64,000 nucleotides of DNA, taken from assembly GCA_902573325.1 (NCBI GenBank), contig CACGJH010000005.1:21388-85387 (forward strand), given 5' to 3'. The DNA comes from an uncultured Alphaproteobacteria bacterium. GTDB taxonomy: Bacteria > Pseudomonadota > Alphaproteobacteria > HIMB59 > GCA-002718135. The stretch's first letter is position 1. Every line of letters begins with the position of its first letter. Below the pieces are notes generated by a model. The model saw only the letters and a list, made by a program, of their open reading frames with translations. It was not told the origin of the DNA and ran no database searches. Positions 40,875-53,772 of this stretch are shown piece after piece. The position numbers and the translations under genes are program-made.

Positions 40875-41367
40875 TAAAGTCGTATTCTTTATAACATTCT
40901 TCTATCGAGTTCTTTGTATTTATAAGTTCTCCCAAAGAGTCTCGAAATTCAAAATATTCTACCCTCTTAATATTTGAATTTATATTAAAGAAAATAAATA
41001 ATCTGCATGAGCTACTATCATATCGCATCATATGCACTGAGCCATCAGATCGTGCTAAATTAGGCTGTCCTAGTTTTTGTTTTATCTCAGCAAGTTGTTT
41101 TCCCATGAAATTTATTTCTGAGATTTTTTGTTGCTCCTTAACTATAGTTTTTTCCTCTTCTTTTTCTTCAGTGATAATTTGTTGTTCTTCAACAATAGTT
41201 TTATCTTCAATAATTTCTGGCTCTTTTTTTGTAATAGTTTCCTCAACTTTGTCTTTTACAACCACCCCAACTTTAACAACTTCTCTTCCAACTTCAATAG
41301 TCGTACAGCTAGATAAAAACACTAATGTTAAAAAATAAATTGATAACCGCATTGCTCTTAGTGGCAT
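40867..41367 (-). CDS. Hypothetical lipoprotein with a Glu/Lys-rich repeat linker
   Basis: 166 aa with lipobox FLSSC. M6 (41352) is a plausible start. Internal near-repeat KTIVEEQQII / KTIVKEQQKI. I do not recognise the C-terminal globular domain. Confidence 0.5.
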   Translation of the reverse strand: MPLRAMRLSIYFLTLVFLSSCTTIEVGREVVKVGVVVKDKVEETITKKEPEIIEDKTIVEEQQIITEEKEEEKTIVKEQQKISEINFMGKQLAEIKQKLGQPNLARSDGSVHMMRYDSSSCRLFIFFNINSNIKRVEYFEFRDSLGELINTKNSIEECYKEYDFTS

Positions 41368-41387
41368 TTCTATATATGTAATCGCAT

Positions 41388-42008
41388 ATGATTACAGTAA
41401 TTAAATCACCATTCGTTCAATACAAACTAACAATTTTACGAAATAAAAAAACATCAAATACTGTTTTTAGACAAACTATGAATGAAATAAGCTACCTCAT
41501 TGCTTCTGATGTTCTTCAATACGTTCCCTTTAAAAAACAAACAATTGAAACACCTCTAAAAAAAATGAGTGGTACAGTCTTGGGTCAATCCATAATTTTG
41601 GTCCCAATTTTACGTGCCGGTTTAGGGTTACTTGAGGGGTTTGCTAAATTTTTACCGGAAGCTGAAAAAGGTCACATAGGTTTATACCGCGACGAACAAA
41701 CTTATGAACCTGTAGAATACCTCTTTAAACTTCCAAGAGTTAAAAATAAAAAAGTGTTAATTCTAGATCCAATGTTGGCGACAGGTAATTCTTCAATTGC
41801 TGCAATAAATTTAATAAAAAACAAAGGCGTTAATATTAAAGATATATTTTTAGTGTCTTTGCTAGCTGCTCCTGAGGGTATTAAAAATATTCAAAAAAAG
41901 CAAAAAGGCATTCATATATTCACTTGCAACATTGATGCTAAATTGAATAAAAATAAGTTCATTGTACCGGGCTTAGGTGACGCAGGCGATAGGTATATGG
42001 GTACTTGA
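41388..42008 (+). CDS. upp: Uracil phosphoribosyltransferase
   Basis: 206 aa with VPILRAGLG, PRPP motif VLILDPMLATGNS and PGLGDAGDR. Confidence 0.95.
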   Translation: MITVIKSPFVQYKLTILRNKKTSNTVFRQTMNEISYLIASDVLQYVPFKKQTIETPLKKMSGTVLGQSIILVPILRAGLGLLEGFAKFLPEAEKGHIGLYRDEQTYEPVEYLFKLPRVKNKKVLILDPMLATGNSSIAAINLIKNKGVNIKDIFLVSLLAAPEGIKNIQKKQKGIHIFTCNIDAKLNKNKFIVPGLGDAGDRYMGT

Positions 42009-42125
42009 AGTTATCCATAAAAAATCCTATTATTTACCCATAATCTCATTTTTTAATGCATTTTTTTATCAAGAAAATGTTATCAATGGGATATCTATAA
42101 TTCATATTTAAGGGGGATTTTTGGT

Positions 42126-43103
42126 ATGAAGAAAATTTTAAGTATTTTTTCAGTTTCTTTCGCTCTTGTCTTCTCTTCAAGTGCGTTCGCAAACACGATA
42201 GGAGTTGTTTATGACTCTGGTGGAAAATTTGACAAATCATTTAACGAGTTAGCATTCAATACAGCTGAGAGAGTTGTTAATGAACTTGGCTGGGGTATGA
42301 TTGAGTTTGAATCTGCAAACGACAATCAGATAGAGCAGGGTATGCGTAAGATTGCTGATAGAGGAGCAACAATGATCGTAGGAATGGGATTTGCTCAAGC
42401 TGATGCAGTTGCAGCAGTTTCAGCTGATTACCCAGATATAAAATTTGTTGCAGTTGATGTTTGTTGGTTAGACGATCCAAATAATAATATTTATCAAGCT
42501 TGCTATAAAGAACATGAAGGTTCATTCTTAGTTGGAATGATGGCTGCTATGGCTTCTAAAAGTGGAACAATAGGTTTCGTTGGTGGAATGGATATTCCTC
42601 TGATTAGAAAATTCCAAGGTGGTTATGAGCAAGGTGCACAATATGTAAATCCAGATATAACTGTTTTAGCTAATATGACTGGAACTACAAACGAAGCATG
42701 GAATAACCCAACAAAAGGTGCAGAATTAACAAAAGCTCAAATTGATGGTGGTGCTGATGTTGTATACCAAGCTGCTGGTGGAACAGGTATTGGTGTTCTT
42801 CAAGCTGCGGCTGATGCCGGCATTATGGGTATTGGAGTTGACTCTAATCAAAACTGGATGCACCCAGGTAACATGTTAACATCAATGTTGAAGAGATTAG
42901 ATCTAACAATTTTTGAACAAGCTAAAAATGTTGAATCAGGCAGATTTGAATCTGGCATAAACATTCTTGGTCTTTCAGAAGGAATGGTTGGTTATGCAAC
43001 TGAAGATGGAATGGTAACATCTGAAATGGCTGCTGCCGCAGATGCTGCTGCTGCTGACATCGCGAGCGGTGCTCTAGTTGTTGCTGACTGGTCGCAAGAG
43101 TAG
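42126..43103 (+). CDS. BMP-family (PnrA/Med-like) ABC transporter substrate-binding protein, probably nucleoside-binding
   Basis: 325 aa with SD AAGGGGGA and a signal peptide ending SSSAFA. IGVVYDSGGKFDKSFNE and GFVGGMDIPLIRKF motifs. Visibly higher G+C, consistent with high expression. Confidence 0.85.
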   Translation: MKKILSIFSVSFALVFSSSAFANTIGVVYDSGGKFDKSFNELAFNTAERVVNELGWGMIEFESANDNQIEQGMRKIADRGATMIVGMGFAQADAVAAVSADYPDIKFVAVDVCWLDDPNNNIYQACYKEHEGSFLVGMMAAMASKSGTIGFVGGMDIPLIRKFQGGYEQGAQYVNPDITVLANMTGTTNEAWNNPTKGAELTKAQIDGGADVVYQAAGGTGIGVLQAAADAGIMGIGVDSNQNWMHPGNMLTSMLKRLDLTIFEQAKNVESGRFESGINILGLSEGMVGYATEDGMVTSEMAAAADAAAADIASGALVVADWSQE

Positions 43104-43121
43104 ATACTAAAATAAATATTT

Positions 43122-43160
43122 GGTGAGACCAAAGATTAATAAATAATTTATGGTCTCACC
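43122..43160 (+). promoter_or_regulatory. Intercistronic 10-bp GC-rich hairpin covering the ATPase start codon
   Basis: GGTGAGACCA (43122-43131) pairs with TGGTCTCACC (43151-43160) across a 19-nt AT loop. The ATG at 43150-43152 sits at the loop/stem junction. No T-tract follows. Confidence 0.6.
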
Positions 43161-44670
43161 TATCTTAGAATTAACGGATATAAATAAATCATTTGGTCAT
43201 GTTCAGGCCAACAAAAATATTAATCTCAAAATAAATAAAGGAACAATTCACGGCATAATTGGAGAAAACGGAGCAGGCAAATCTACTTTGATGAGTATAG
43301 TCTTTGGTCTTTATCAGGCTAACTCAGGCTCAATTAAAATTAATGGAAAAGAAATTAACTTAAGATCACCAAGAGATTCAATAATAAACGGCATTGGAAT
43401 GGTTCACCAACATTTTATGTTGGTAGAAAATTTTACTGTACTCGAAAATATAATTCTTGGTTTTGAAGGTGAAACAGTATTTGGAGAAAAATTACAAAAA
43501 GCAAAAGAAGATTTAGAAAAATTATGTAAAACATATAATTTTAATATTGATCTTGATGCCACTATTTCAGATTTATCTGTAGGTTTTCGTCAAAGAGTGG
43601 AAATATTAAAATCTCTATACAGAGGAGCAGAAATTTTAATTCTTGATGAGCCAACAGGAGTTCTTACACCTCAAGAAGTAGATGAGTTATTTAAAATTCT
43701 ACGATCATTAAAAGATGAAGGCAAAACCATAGTATTAATTACGCATAAATTAATTGAAATAATGGATTTAACAAGCGAAGTATCAGTGATGCGTCAAGGC
43801 GAAATGGTTGGGCATACAAAAACTGAAGATACAAGCAAAGAACAACTAGCCGAAATGATGGTAGGAAGAAGCGTCTTACTTAGAGTTGATAAAAAAGAAA
43901 TAAAAAAAGGGGAAACCATTTTCAAAGTTAATAATCTTTCAGTCAAAGATGATCTAGATGTAACGCGTGTAAAAGATGTAAACTTAGAAATATGTTCTGG
44001 AGAAATTCTGGGTATTGCTGGTGTAACTGGTAATGGACAAACTGAATTATTAGAAGCACTTTCTGGGATTAGAAAAGTAGAGTCTGGAAACATTGAATTA
44101 TTTGGTGAAAAAATTTCTGATCAGAATAATTTCTTAAACCCAAGAATGCTTAAAGAAAAAGGTTTAGCACATGTACCTGAAGACAGGCAAAGAATGGGTT
44201 TAATAAGTGATTTCAAGGCTCATGAAAATTTAATTTTTGGTTATCATGATCAAGAGCCATATTCAAAATCTGCAATTTTGAACAATAAAGAAATTACTGA
44301 ATATTCAAATAAGGTTATGCAAGAATATGATGTCAGACCTAATTCTCCAAACTTAATAACATCTAATTTTTCAGGAGGTAATCAACAAAAAATTATTTTG
44401 AGTAGAGAGCTTAATGAAAATCCAAAAGTTCTTTTAGTGGGGCAGCCAACAAGAGGTGTAGATATTGGAGCAATCGAGTTTATTCATCAACGTCTTATTG
44501 ATATGAGAGATAAAGGTGCAGCAATACTATTAGCATCAGTTGAGTTAGATGAAATCCTATCCTTATCTGACAGAATAATCGTGATGTTTGATGGAAAAAT
44601 TGTTGGAGAAAAGGAAAATAAAAATGTTACTGATCGTGAACTAGGATTGCTAATGGCTGGTGTTGCATAA
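43150..44670 (+). CDS. ABC transporter ATP-binding protein (duplicated ATPase, sugar/nucleoside type)
   Basis: 506 aa with Walker A GENGAGKST and a second degenerate site GVTGNGQTE. Two signature-like motifs are present, the second being FSGGNQQK. Confidence 0.92.
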   Translation: MVSPILELTDINKSFGHVQANKNINLKINKGTIHGIIGENGAGKSTLMSIVFGLYQANSGSIKINGKEINLRSPRDSIINGIGMVHQHFMLVENFTVLENIILGFEGETVFGEKLQKAKEDLEKLCKTYNFNIDLDATISDLSVGFRQRVEILKSLYRGAEILILDEPTGVLTPQEVDELFKILRSLKDEGKTIVLITHKLIEIMDLTSEVSVMRQGEMVGHTKTEDTSKEQLAEMMVGRSVLLRVDKKEIKKGETIFKVNNLSVKDDLDVTRVKDVNLEICSGEILGIAGVTGNGQTELLEALSGIRKVESGNIELFGEKISDQNNFLNPRMLKEKGLAHVPEDRQRMGLISDFKAHENLIFGYHDQEPYSKSAILNNKEITEYSNKVMQEYDVRPNSPNLITSNFSGGNQQKIILSRELNENPKVLLVGQPTRGVDIGAIEFIHQRLIDMRDKGAAILLASVELDEILSLSDRIIVMFDGKIVGEKENKNVTDRELGLLMAGVA

Positions 44671-45791
44671 TGAGTAATATTGTAGTCGATAAATCAAAAG
44701 TTCCATGGTGGGTCTCTAATGTTATTGTTCCATTAGTAAACTTAACATTAGCGTTATTAGTTTCAGGACTTTTTGTTTTTATTGCAGGTGAAAATCCAAT
44801 AGAGGCTGTTAAGTTAATTATTTATGGATCATTTGGTTACATCCAAGGATTTGCTTATACACTTTATTACACAACAAATTTTATTTTTACTGGACTAGCT
44901 TTTGCTGTAGCCTTTCATTGTAGATTATTTAATATTGGAGGAGAAGGTCAAGCATACATAGGCGGCCTAGGTGTTTTTTTAGTAGCAATAAATTTAAGTT
45001 TTCTCCCTGTTCCAATCGTTTGGCTTTTAGCAATCTTTGGTGCATTTTTATTTGGTGCAGCATGGGCTTACATACCTGCTTATCTTCAATCAAAAAGAGG
45101 AAGTCATGTTGTTATTACAACAATAATGTTTAATTTCATTGCTTCATCTTTAATGATTTTCTTACTTGTAGATGTGATTAGAGATACAAATCAAATGGCA
45201 CCTCATACAGTAAAGCTGCCAGAAGAAATTTGGCTACCGAGCTTTGAGGCATTCTCTGGAATTCTTGGTGTAAAAATAAGATATTCACCTCTTAACCTGA
45301 CTTTTTTATTAGCAATTGCATCATTATTCTTTGTTTGGTTTTTAGTTTGGAAAACTAAATGGGGTTATGAAATGCGAGCCGTAGGACACAATACTCAAGC
45401 AGCAATATATGCAGGTATATCACCACATAAAAATATTATCATCGCGATGTGTATTTCTGGAGGTTTAGCAGGTCTACTTGGCGTCAATGAAATTCTTGGT
45501 GTAAGCCATAAAATTCAAGCAGGTTTTCCAGCAGGATATGGATTTACAGGAATTGCAGTTGCACTAATGGGCAGAAATCATCCGATTGGTATTTTACCAG
45601 CAGCATTTTTATTTGGAATTTTATACCAAGGAGGTTCAGAAGTTACATTCGAAATGCCAAACATAACTAGATACATGTTTGTTGCTGTTCAAGGGTTAAT
45701 AATATTATTTAGTGGTGCATTAGAAAATCTTTTCAGACCACAAATAGAAAGCTTTTTTGTTAGAAGACTCAATAGAGAGGTAAATGCGTAA
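44670..45791 (+). CDS. ABC transporter permease
   Basis: 373 aa and polytopic, with a BPD/branched-type permease pattern. TAATG overlap with the ATPase gene. Confidence 0.88.
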   Translation: MSNIVVDKSKVPWWVSNVIVPLVNLTLALLVSGLFVFIAGENPIEAVKLIIYGSFGYIQGFAYTLYYTTNFIFTGLAFAVAFHCRLFNIGGEGQAYIGGLGVFLVAINLSFLPVPIVWLLAIFGAFLFGAAWAYIPAYLQSKRGSHVVITTIMFNFIASSLMIFLLVDVIRDTNQMAPHTVKLPEEIWLPSFEAFSGILGVKIRYSPLNLTFLLAIASLFFVWFLVWKTKWGYEMRAVGHNTQAAIYAGISPHKNIIIAMCISGGLAGLLGVNEILGVSHKIQAGFPAGYGFTGIAVALMGRNHPIGILPAAFLFGILYQGGSEVTFEMPNITRYMFVAVQGLIILFSGALENLFRPQIESFFVRRLNREVNA

Positions 45792-46762
45792 TGGAATTTT
45801 TATCTGATATTGCTTCTTTAATTAATTCTACTTTAAGAATATCTACACCTTTAGTTTTTGCAGCAATGGCTGGTATATTTGCTGAAAGATCTGGCGTAAT
45901 AGATTTTAGCTTAGAAGGTAAAATGCTTATGGCCGCCTTTGTAGCAGCTGTTGGTTCTTATTATTTAGGTAACCCGTGGTTAGGTTTATTATTAGCTATA
46001 ATTGTTTGTGTGTGTTTATCAATGTTACATGGATTTGCTTCGGTTACGCACAAAGGCGATCAAGTAGTATCATGTGTTGCTATAAATATTTTAATTATTG
46101 GATTAACAACTGCTTTAGCAGCTGCGTGGTTTGGGCAAGCAGGTCTAACACCAACATTAAATGAAGATCAGCGTTTTTTAGAAATTCATCTTCCTTTTGC
46201 TGACGCACTAAGAGACATTCCGGTTATTGGAACACTTTATAGTGATATATTAAGTGGTCATTATGTTTTTGTTTATTTAGCATATCTTTCTGTTCCACTA
46301 GTTTTTTGGATAGTATTTAAAACTAGCTTTGGTTTGCGTTTAAGAGCAGTTGGAGAAAATCCAAGTGCCGTTGATACTGCTGGAATCAATGTCTTTACTA
46401 TGAGATATAAAGCGCTAGCAATCAACGGAGTCCTAATTGCTTTTGCTGGTGCTCATTTATCAACTGCTGTTAATGCAAATTTCTTCAGAGAAATGTCAGC
46501 GGGTAGAGGATACTTAGCTCTAGCAGCAATGATCTTTGGAAAGTGGCACCCAAAAACAGCTTTAATTGCTTGCTTACTCTTTGGATTTACAGATGCTCTT
46601 CAAATAAGACTTCAAGGTGTTGAGCTACCAGCAATTGGCGAGATACCTGTTCAATTAATACAAGCACTTCCATACATACTAACAGTAGTATTGCTTGCTG
46701 GTTTTGTTGGAAAAGCAATTGCGCCTAATGCTATTGGACAACCCTACATAAAAGAGAGATAA
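45791..46762 (+). CDS. ABC transporter permease
   Basis: 323 aa and polytopic. Second permease of the BMP-type system. TAATG overlap. Confidence 0.88.
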   Translation: MEFLSDIASLINSTLRISTPLVFAAMAGIFAERSGVIDFSLEGKMLMAAFVAAVGSYYLGNPWLGLLLAIIVCVCLSMLHGFASVTHKGDQVVSCVAINILIIGLTTALAAAWFGQAGLTPTLNEDQRFLEIHLPFADALRDIPVIGTLYSDILSGHYVFVYLAYLSVPLVFWIVFKTSFGLRLRAVGENPSAVDTAGINVFTMRYKALAINGVLIAFAGAHLSTAVNANFFREMSAGRGYLALAAMIFGKWHPKTALIACLLFGFTDALQIRLQGVELPAIGEIPVQLIQALPYILTVVLLAGFVGKAIAPNAIGQPYIKER

Positions 46763-46817
46763 TTAAATATTTATTTAAAAAAAATTCCTATATAAATTAC
46801 TGATACTAGGAGAAAAT

Positions 46818-47138
46818 ATGTCAATACTAGAAAAATACATGAAAGTATTTAATGAAAAAGATGAAGCAGGAATGAACGAAATTATCCATGATGATTTCAA
46901 ATTTACAATGCATTCTAGTGGTAATGTTTTATCAAAGTCTGACGTTATAGGCTGGGCTATGAGTGACGACATTAATGATGATAAGTCTAGAATTGTATAT
47001 GAAAATGACGAGATTGGGATTTATCACTCTTTCGTTACTTTTAAAGATGGCAACACCCAAGCTGTGATGGCAGTATACAAATATAAAGATGGCAAAATAA
47101 TTTCACTAGAAACTGGTGCAACCAATATGCCAAAATAA
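46818..47138 (+). CDS. NTF2/SnoaL-like small protein
   Basis: 106 aa with SD AGGAGA. The N-terminal pattern ILEKYMKVFNEKDEAGMNEIIHDDFKF is typical of the SnoaL-like fold. Confidence 0.5.
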   Translation: MSILEKYMKVFNEKDEAGMNEIIHDDFKFTMHSSGNVLSKSDVIGWAMSDDINDDKSRIVYENDEIGIYHSFVTFKDGNTQAVMAVYKYKDGKIISLETGATNMPK

Positions 47139-47140
47139 AA

Positions 47141-47166
47141 AAAGTGGAACTCTAAGTTCCACTTTT
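47141..47166. terminator. Bidirectional rho-independent terminator shared by the SnoaL-like gene and katG
   Basis: AAAGTGGAACT pairs with AGTTCCACTTT around a 3-nt loop. An A-run upstream and a T-run downstream allow it to work on both strands. Confidence 0.75.
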
Positions 47167-47187
47167 AAATTAATTTAAATTATTTTA

Positions 47188-49320
<2,133 letters not shown>

Positions 49321-49380
49321 TTAGAACCTCCGTTATTTAATACTAATATATAAAGAATTTAAATTAAAGAAAAGTGAAAA

Positions 49381-49785
49381 CTATAACTCAATTTTGAAAT
49401 TTTCAGGTCGCCACGTCGCAGGTGCAAGTTCAAAATCATCAAAATCAAAAGCAGGTGCGACAGTGCATCCAATTAAACTGAAAGCACCAGAGGATCTCAT
49501 CGCAAACCATGTGTTTGCTTTTACGGTGTAAATATAATTTTGATCTGACCCCAAAGAAAATACTTCATAATTAACTCCGTCATTTGATGTGAAAACTTCT
49601 AGAGGATCTCCTGAATAAAAATGTAATATTTCATTTTTAGTTAATCGATGCCAATGTGATTTTTCATTCTTTTTTAATAAGTAATAAATTTGACTAACAT
49701 TTTCATTCTTAAAATTTTCAACATAATGCCCTCCTTCAGGATGACTAATCATATTGAGTTTTTTTATTAAATTATCTGCTTCCAC
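49381..49785 (-). CDS. DUF985 cupin-fold protein
   Basis: 134 aa with ISHPEGGHYVE, IYYLL...SHWHRL and a cupin beta-barrel pattern. Confidence 0.7.
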   Translation of the reverse strand: MEADNLIKKLNMISHPEGGHYVENFKNENVSQIYYLLKKNEKSHWHRLTKNEILHFYSGDPLEVFTSNDGVNYEVFSLGSDQNYIYTVKANTWFAMRSSGAFSLIGCTVAPAFDFDDFELAPATWRPENFKIEL

Positions 49786-50376
49786 TTAGATTAAATGACC
49801 AAGTTTACTTTTCTTAGTTGAGATATATTTTTCATTATATCTATTTGTGTCTGAGGAAATAGGAACTCTTTGATTTACTTTGATACCCATATCTTCAAGT
49901 GCTTTTATTTTTTTTGGATTATTAGTCATCAAATCTAATTTTTTGATTGCTAAATATTTAACCATTCCAGCAATATTTTCATATGTTCTTTCATCATCTT
50001 TGAACCCTAATTGATGATTAGCTTCAACGGTATCTAGTCCTTTGTCTTGTAAACTATATGCTTTAATTTTATTTGAGAGACCAATGCCTCTTCCTTCTTG
50101 TTGAAGATAAAAAATAACTCCTCTGCCATTTCTAGCAATTTGTTTTAATGATTCAGTTAGTTGAAATCTACAATCACACCTCATACTAAAAAAAGATTCT
50201 CCTGTAATACATTGCGAATGAATTCTTGATAAAACTGGTTCATCAGTAAGCAAGTCACCCATACATATTGCTAAATGATCCTTAGATTCATTTTCATCTG
50301 TAAAGGCATGAACAGTGAACTCTCCAATATCTGTTGGAAGTTTGCTAGTTTCAATAAACTTTAATTTGTCTGACAT
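49786..50376 (-). CDS. ribA: GTP cyclohydrolase II
   Basis: 196 aa with zinc site RIHSQCITGE...CDC and QEGRGIGL. Confidence 0.93.
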   Translation of the reverse strand: MSDKLKFIETSKLPTDIGEFTVHAFTDENESKDHLAICMGDLLTDEPVLSRIHSQCITGESFFSMRCDCRFQLTESLKQIARNGRGVIFYLQQEGRGIGLSNKIKAYSLQDKGLDTVEANHQLGFKDDERTYENIAGMVKYLAIKKLDLMTNNPKKIKALEDMGIKVNQRVPISSDTNRYNEKYISTKKSKLGHLI

Positions 50377-50849
50377 TATAGTTTAGTAGGATTTGGGGCA
50401 CCTTTGTATACTTCTTCAGGATCAAAAACTTTTTCTTTCTCTTCAAATTTAAGAACAACTTTAGAGCTAGAATTATCCAAAGGAATACTTCTATAAAAAC
50501 ATGATCTATATCCTACATGACAGCTAGCACCACCTTTGACATCAACCCTTAACCAAACACAATCTTGATCATCATCAATTCTTATTTCTTTTATCTTCTG
50601 CGTTAATCCACTTGTTTTACCCTTATGCCAAAGTGTATTTCTACTTCTAGAAAAATAAACAGCTTCGCCCAAACTTATAGTTTTTTTAAAAGCTTCTTCA
50701 TTCATATAACCTTGCATAAGTAGTTCACCAGATGAAAAATCTGTTGTTACAACGGGTATTAGACCATTTGAATCAAATTTCGGAGCAAGCTCATTTGACT
50801 CTTCAACTTGTTCTATAGATTTTCTTTTTTCAAATTGAATGTTATTCAT
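50376..50849 (-). CDS. hisI: Phosphoribosyl-AMP cyclohydrolase (monofunctional)
   Basis: 157 aa with [36 protein letters not shown] and [10 protein letters not shown]. Confidence 0.93.
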   Translation of the reverse strand: MNNIQFEKRKSIEQVEESNELAPKFDSNGLIPVVTTDFSSGELLMQGYMNEEAFKKTISLGEAVYFSRSRNTLWHKGKTSGLTQKIKEIRIDDDQDCVWLRVDVKGGASCHVGYRSCFYRSIPLDNSSSKVVLKFEEKEKVFDPEEVYKGAPNPTKL

Positions 50850-51843
50850 TTTTTAATTTTTCAGCAGCTTCTAATGCAAAGTAAGTCAGTATACCATTTG
50901 CCCCAGCTCTTTTAAAAGATAAAAGAGATTCCATTACAACTTTTTCATTAAGCCAACCTTTATTAATTGACTCTTTTATCATCGAATATTCACCAGATAC
51001 TTGGTAGGCAAAAGTTGGAACTTTAAATTCTGATTTTATTCTAGAAATAATATCAAGATAAGGCATACCAGGTTTAACCATTACCATATCTGCACCTTCA
51101 CTTATATCTAATCCAACTTCTCTAATAGCTTCATCACTGTTTGATGGATCCATTTGATATGTTAATTTACCATCTTTACCCAAATTAGAACCAGAACCTA
51201 TAGCATCTCTAAAAGGTCCATAAAAACCTGAAGCATATTTTGCAGCATAAGAGAGAATAAGGGTATCTGCTAAATTGTTTGAATCTAATGCAGTTCTTAT
51301 TCTTCCCACTCTTCCATCCATCATATCCGACGGGGCGATTACATCACAACCAGCATTTGCTTGGACTAGAGCCTGTTGTTCCAAAACCTCCAAAGTTTTA
51401 TCATTATCTATTTTATCATTTATAACTAAACCATCATGCCCATGGTCCGTAAAAGGATCTAACGCAACATCACATACAATACCAATATTTGGAAAATCTT
51501 TTTTGATACTTTTAATTGATCTGCATACCAAGTTGTTTTCATCTACAGCTAAACTGCCCTTAGAATTTTTAAGATCACTTTCAATTTGTGGAAAAATTGC
51601 AATAGCAGGAATATTAAATGTAACCGCTTTCTCTACTTGATTTAAAAGTTTATCAATGGAGTATCTGCTAACACCAGGCATCGAATTAATAGGATCATCA
51701 ACCTTATTTCCCTCGCATACAAATAGAGGTAAGATCAAATCATTAACACTAAGAGTATTTTCAGCAACTAAACGACGAGAAAATTCTTTCATTCTATTAC
51801 GTCTAAGTCTTGTACTTGGAAACTTGCCTTGCATGTTATTCAT
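50842..51843 (-). CDS. hemB: Porphobilinogen synthase (Asp-rich, zinc-independent metal-site type)
   Basis: 333 aa. [14 protein letters not shown] replaces the Cys-rich zinc site. Active-site VMVKPG is present. Confidence 0.95.
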   Translation of the reverse strand: MNNMQGKFPSTRLRRNRMKEFSRRLVAENTLSVNDLILPLFVCEGNKVDDPINSMPGVSRYSIDKLLNQVEKAVTFNIPAIAIFPQIESDLKNSKGSLAVDENNLVCRSIKSIKKDFPNIGIVCDVALDPFTDHGHDGLVINDKIDNDKTLEVLEQQALVQANAGCDVIAPSDMMDGRVGRIRTALDSNNLADTLILSYAAKYASGFYGPFRDAIGSGSNLGKDGKLTYQMDPSNSDEAIREVGLDISEGADMVMVKPGMPYLDIISRIKSEFKVPTFAYQVSGEYSMIKESINKGWLNEKVVMESLLSFKRAGANGILTYFALEAAEKLKNE

Positions 51844-51846
51844 TTT

Positions 51847-53772
51847 TTATTCTATTGGTGATTTTGCTTCTTTAGATAAGCTAGTAACAATATCATCTAA
51901 TTTAAAGGTCTTTGTTTCAGACGATCCTATTCTTCTAACCGACACTGTTTTATCTTGAGCTTCTTTTTTTCCAACAGCGATAATTGCTGGCACCTTACTA
52001 TTACTGTGTTCACGTATTTTATAACCAATTTTTTCATTACGCGTATCTATTTCGGCTCTAATTCCTTTTGATACTAATGCTTTTTGTACCTTATATGCAT
52101 ACTCATCAGTATCTGATGTAATTGTAGCAACTACAGCTTGCAATGGTGAAAGCCAAAATGGAAGATGGCCAGCATAATGTTCAATTAGAATACCGGTGAA
52201 TCTCTCTAAGGAACCAAATAGAGCTCTATGCAACATAACAGGTATTTTTTTATTTCCATCTTCTCCAATATAAGTAGCGCCCAATCTTCCAGGTAAATTT
52301 AAATCTACTTGCAGTGTTCCGCATTGCCAGTCTCTGCCAATTGCATCACGTAAAACAAACTCTAATTTTGGACCGTAAAATGCACCTTCTCCTGGGTTGA
52401 GTGTGTACTCAAGACCTGTTGCTTCCATGGCTTGCATTAATGCAGCTTCAGCTTTATCCCAAATAGCATCATCTCCCACACGTTTTTCAGGACGATCAGA
52501 AAATTTAATTCTAACATTATCAAAACCAAAGTCTTTATAGATACTAAGTATCAAATCACATACCGTTTTACTCTCTTGTGTAATTTGATCTTCTGTACAA
52601 AATATATGTGCATCATCTTGTGTGAATGCTCTTACCCTCATTAATCCATGAAGAGCACCAGACGGTTCATAACGATGTACTTTTCCGAATTCAGATAATA
52701 GAAATGGTAAATCTCTATAACTTTTTAATCCTTGTTTAAAAATTTCTACAGCACCTGGGCAATTCATTGGTTTGATAGCATAAATTTTATCATCTTTAGC
52801 TTCAGTCCTAAACATCATGTCACTAAATTTATCCCAGTGACCAGACGTTTCCCATAGTGACTTATCCATCATGTCGGGTGTATTAGTTTCTACGTAACCT
52901 GCCTTGTCTTGTCTGTTTCGCATATAATTTATTAACGATTGGAATAATGTCCAACCCTTAGGATGCCAAAATACCGCTCCAGGAGCCTCTTCCTGAAAGT
53001 GAAATAAATCCATTTCTCTTCCCAGTTTTCGGTGATCTCTTTTTTCTGCTTCTTCAATTTGTAAAAGGTGTTGTTCAAGACCTTTTTCTGTTGCCCAGGC
53101 AGTTCCATAAATTCTTGTTAACATTGCATTAGATGAATCACCTCGCCAGTAAGCACCAGCAACTTTCATTAATTTAAATGCTTTACCAATTTGTTTTGTT
53201 GAAACCATATGAGGACCTCGGCACAAGTCTAACCAATCACCTTGTTTGTAAATACTAATTTCCTCATTATCAGGCAGATCATTAATTAGTTCAACTTTAT
53301 AGTCTTCACCTTTGTCTTTAAAATATTTTATCGATTTCTCTTTAGACCACACTTCTCTTATGAAATTTTTATTTCTTTGAATGATATCGTGCATCTTCTT
53401 TTCAATTTTTGGAAGATCTGCAACAGTAAAAGGTTCATCTCTTGCAAAATCATAATAAAAACCATTTTCAATTGCTGGACCAATTGTAACTTGTGTTCCG
53501 GGGAATAATTCCTGGACAGCTTCTGCCATTACATGAGCACAATCATGTCGTATTAATTCAAGTGCTTCCTCGCTATCTCTTTTTAAAATCGATACAGATG
53601 CATCGCCATTAATAGGTAAACTAATATCTTTTATCTCATCATTAATTTTTATAGCAACTGATTCTTTGGCAAGAGATTTAGAAATTTGCGATGCCAATTC
53701 AAGACCATTGATGCCTTTATCAACTTCCTTTTTATTTCCATCTGGAAATGTAATTATTATCTTTTCACTCAT
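51847..53772 (-). CDS. thrS: Threonyl-tRNA synthetase
   Basis: 641 aa with a TGS domain, an editing domain with HDCAHV, class II motifs and an anticodon-binding domain. Confidence 0.97.
   Translation of the reverse strand: MSEKIIITFPDGNKKEVDKGINGLELASQISKSLAKESVAIKINDEIKDISLPINGDASVSILKRDSEEALELIRHDCAHVMAEAVQELFPGTQVTIGPAIENGFYYDFARDEPFTVADLPKIEKKMHDIIQRNKNFIREVWSKEKSIKYFKDKGEDYKVELINDLPDNEEISIYKQGDWLDLCRGPHMVSTKQIGKAFKLMKVAGAYWRGDSSNAMLTRIYGTAWATEKGLEQHLLQIEEAEKRDHRKLGREMDLFHFQEEAPGAVFWHPKGWTLFQSLINYMRNRQDKAGYVETNTPDMMDKSLWETSGHWDKFSDMMFRTEAKDDKIYAIKPMNCPGAVEIFKQGLKSYRDLPFLLSEFGKVHRYEPSGALHGLMRVRAFTQDDAHIFCTEDQITQESKTVCDLILSIYKDFGFDNVRIKFSDRPEKRVGDDAIWDKAEAALMQAMEATGLEYTLNPGEGAFYGPKLEFVLRDAIGRDWQCGTLQVDLNLPGRLGATYIGEDGNKKIPVMLHRALFGSLERFTGILIEHYAGHLPFWLSPLQAVVATITSDTDEYAYKVQKALVSKGIRAEIDTRNEKIGYKIREHSNSKVPAIIAVGKKEAQDKTVSVRRIGSSETKTFKLDDIVTSLSKEAKSPIE

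Noticed and set aside
42011-42019. TTATCCATA, a 1-mismatch DnaA box downstream of upp.
   Set aside because: It is a single isolated copy with no cluster and no adjacent AT-rich unwinding element, in a short spacer upstream of a transporter operon. Most likely chance, or at most a lone DnaA titration site.
49321-49380. OxyR-type operator (ATAG-N7-CTAT repeats) upstream of katG.
   Set aside because: Only a single ATAG-like element is present, with no correctly spaced partner. The 60-bp spacer shows a strong SD but no convincing regulator site.
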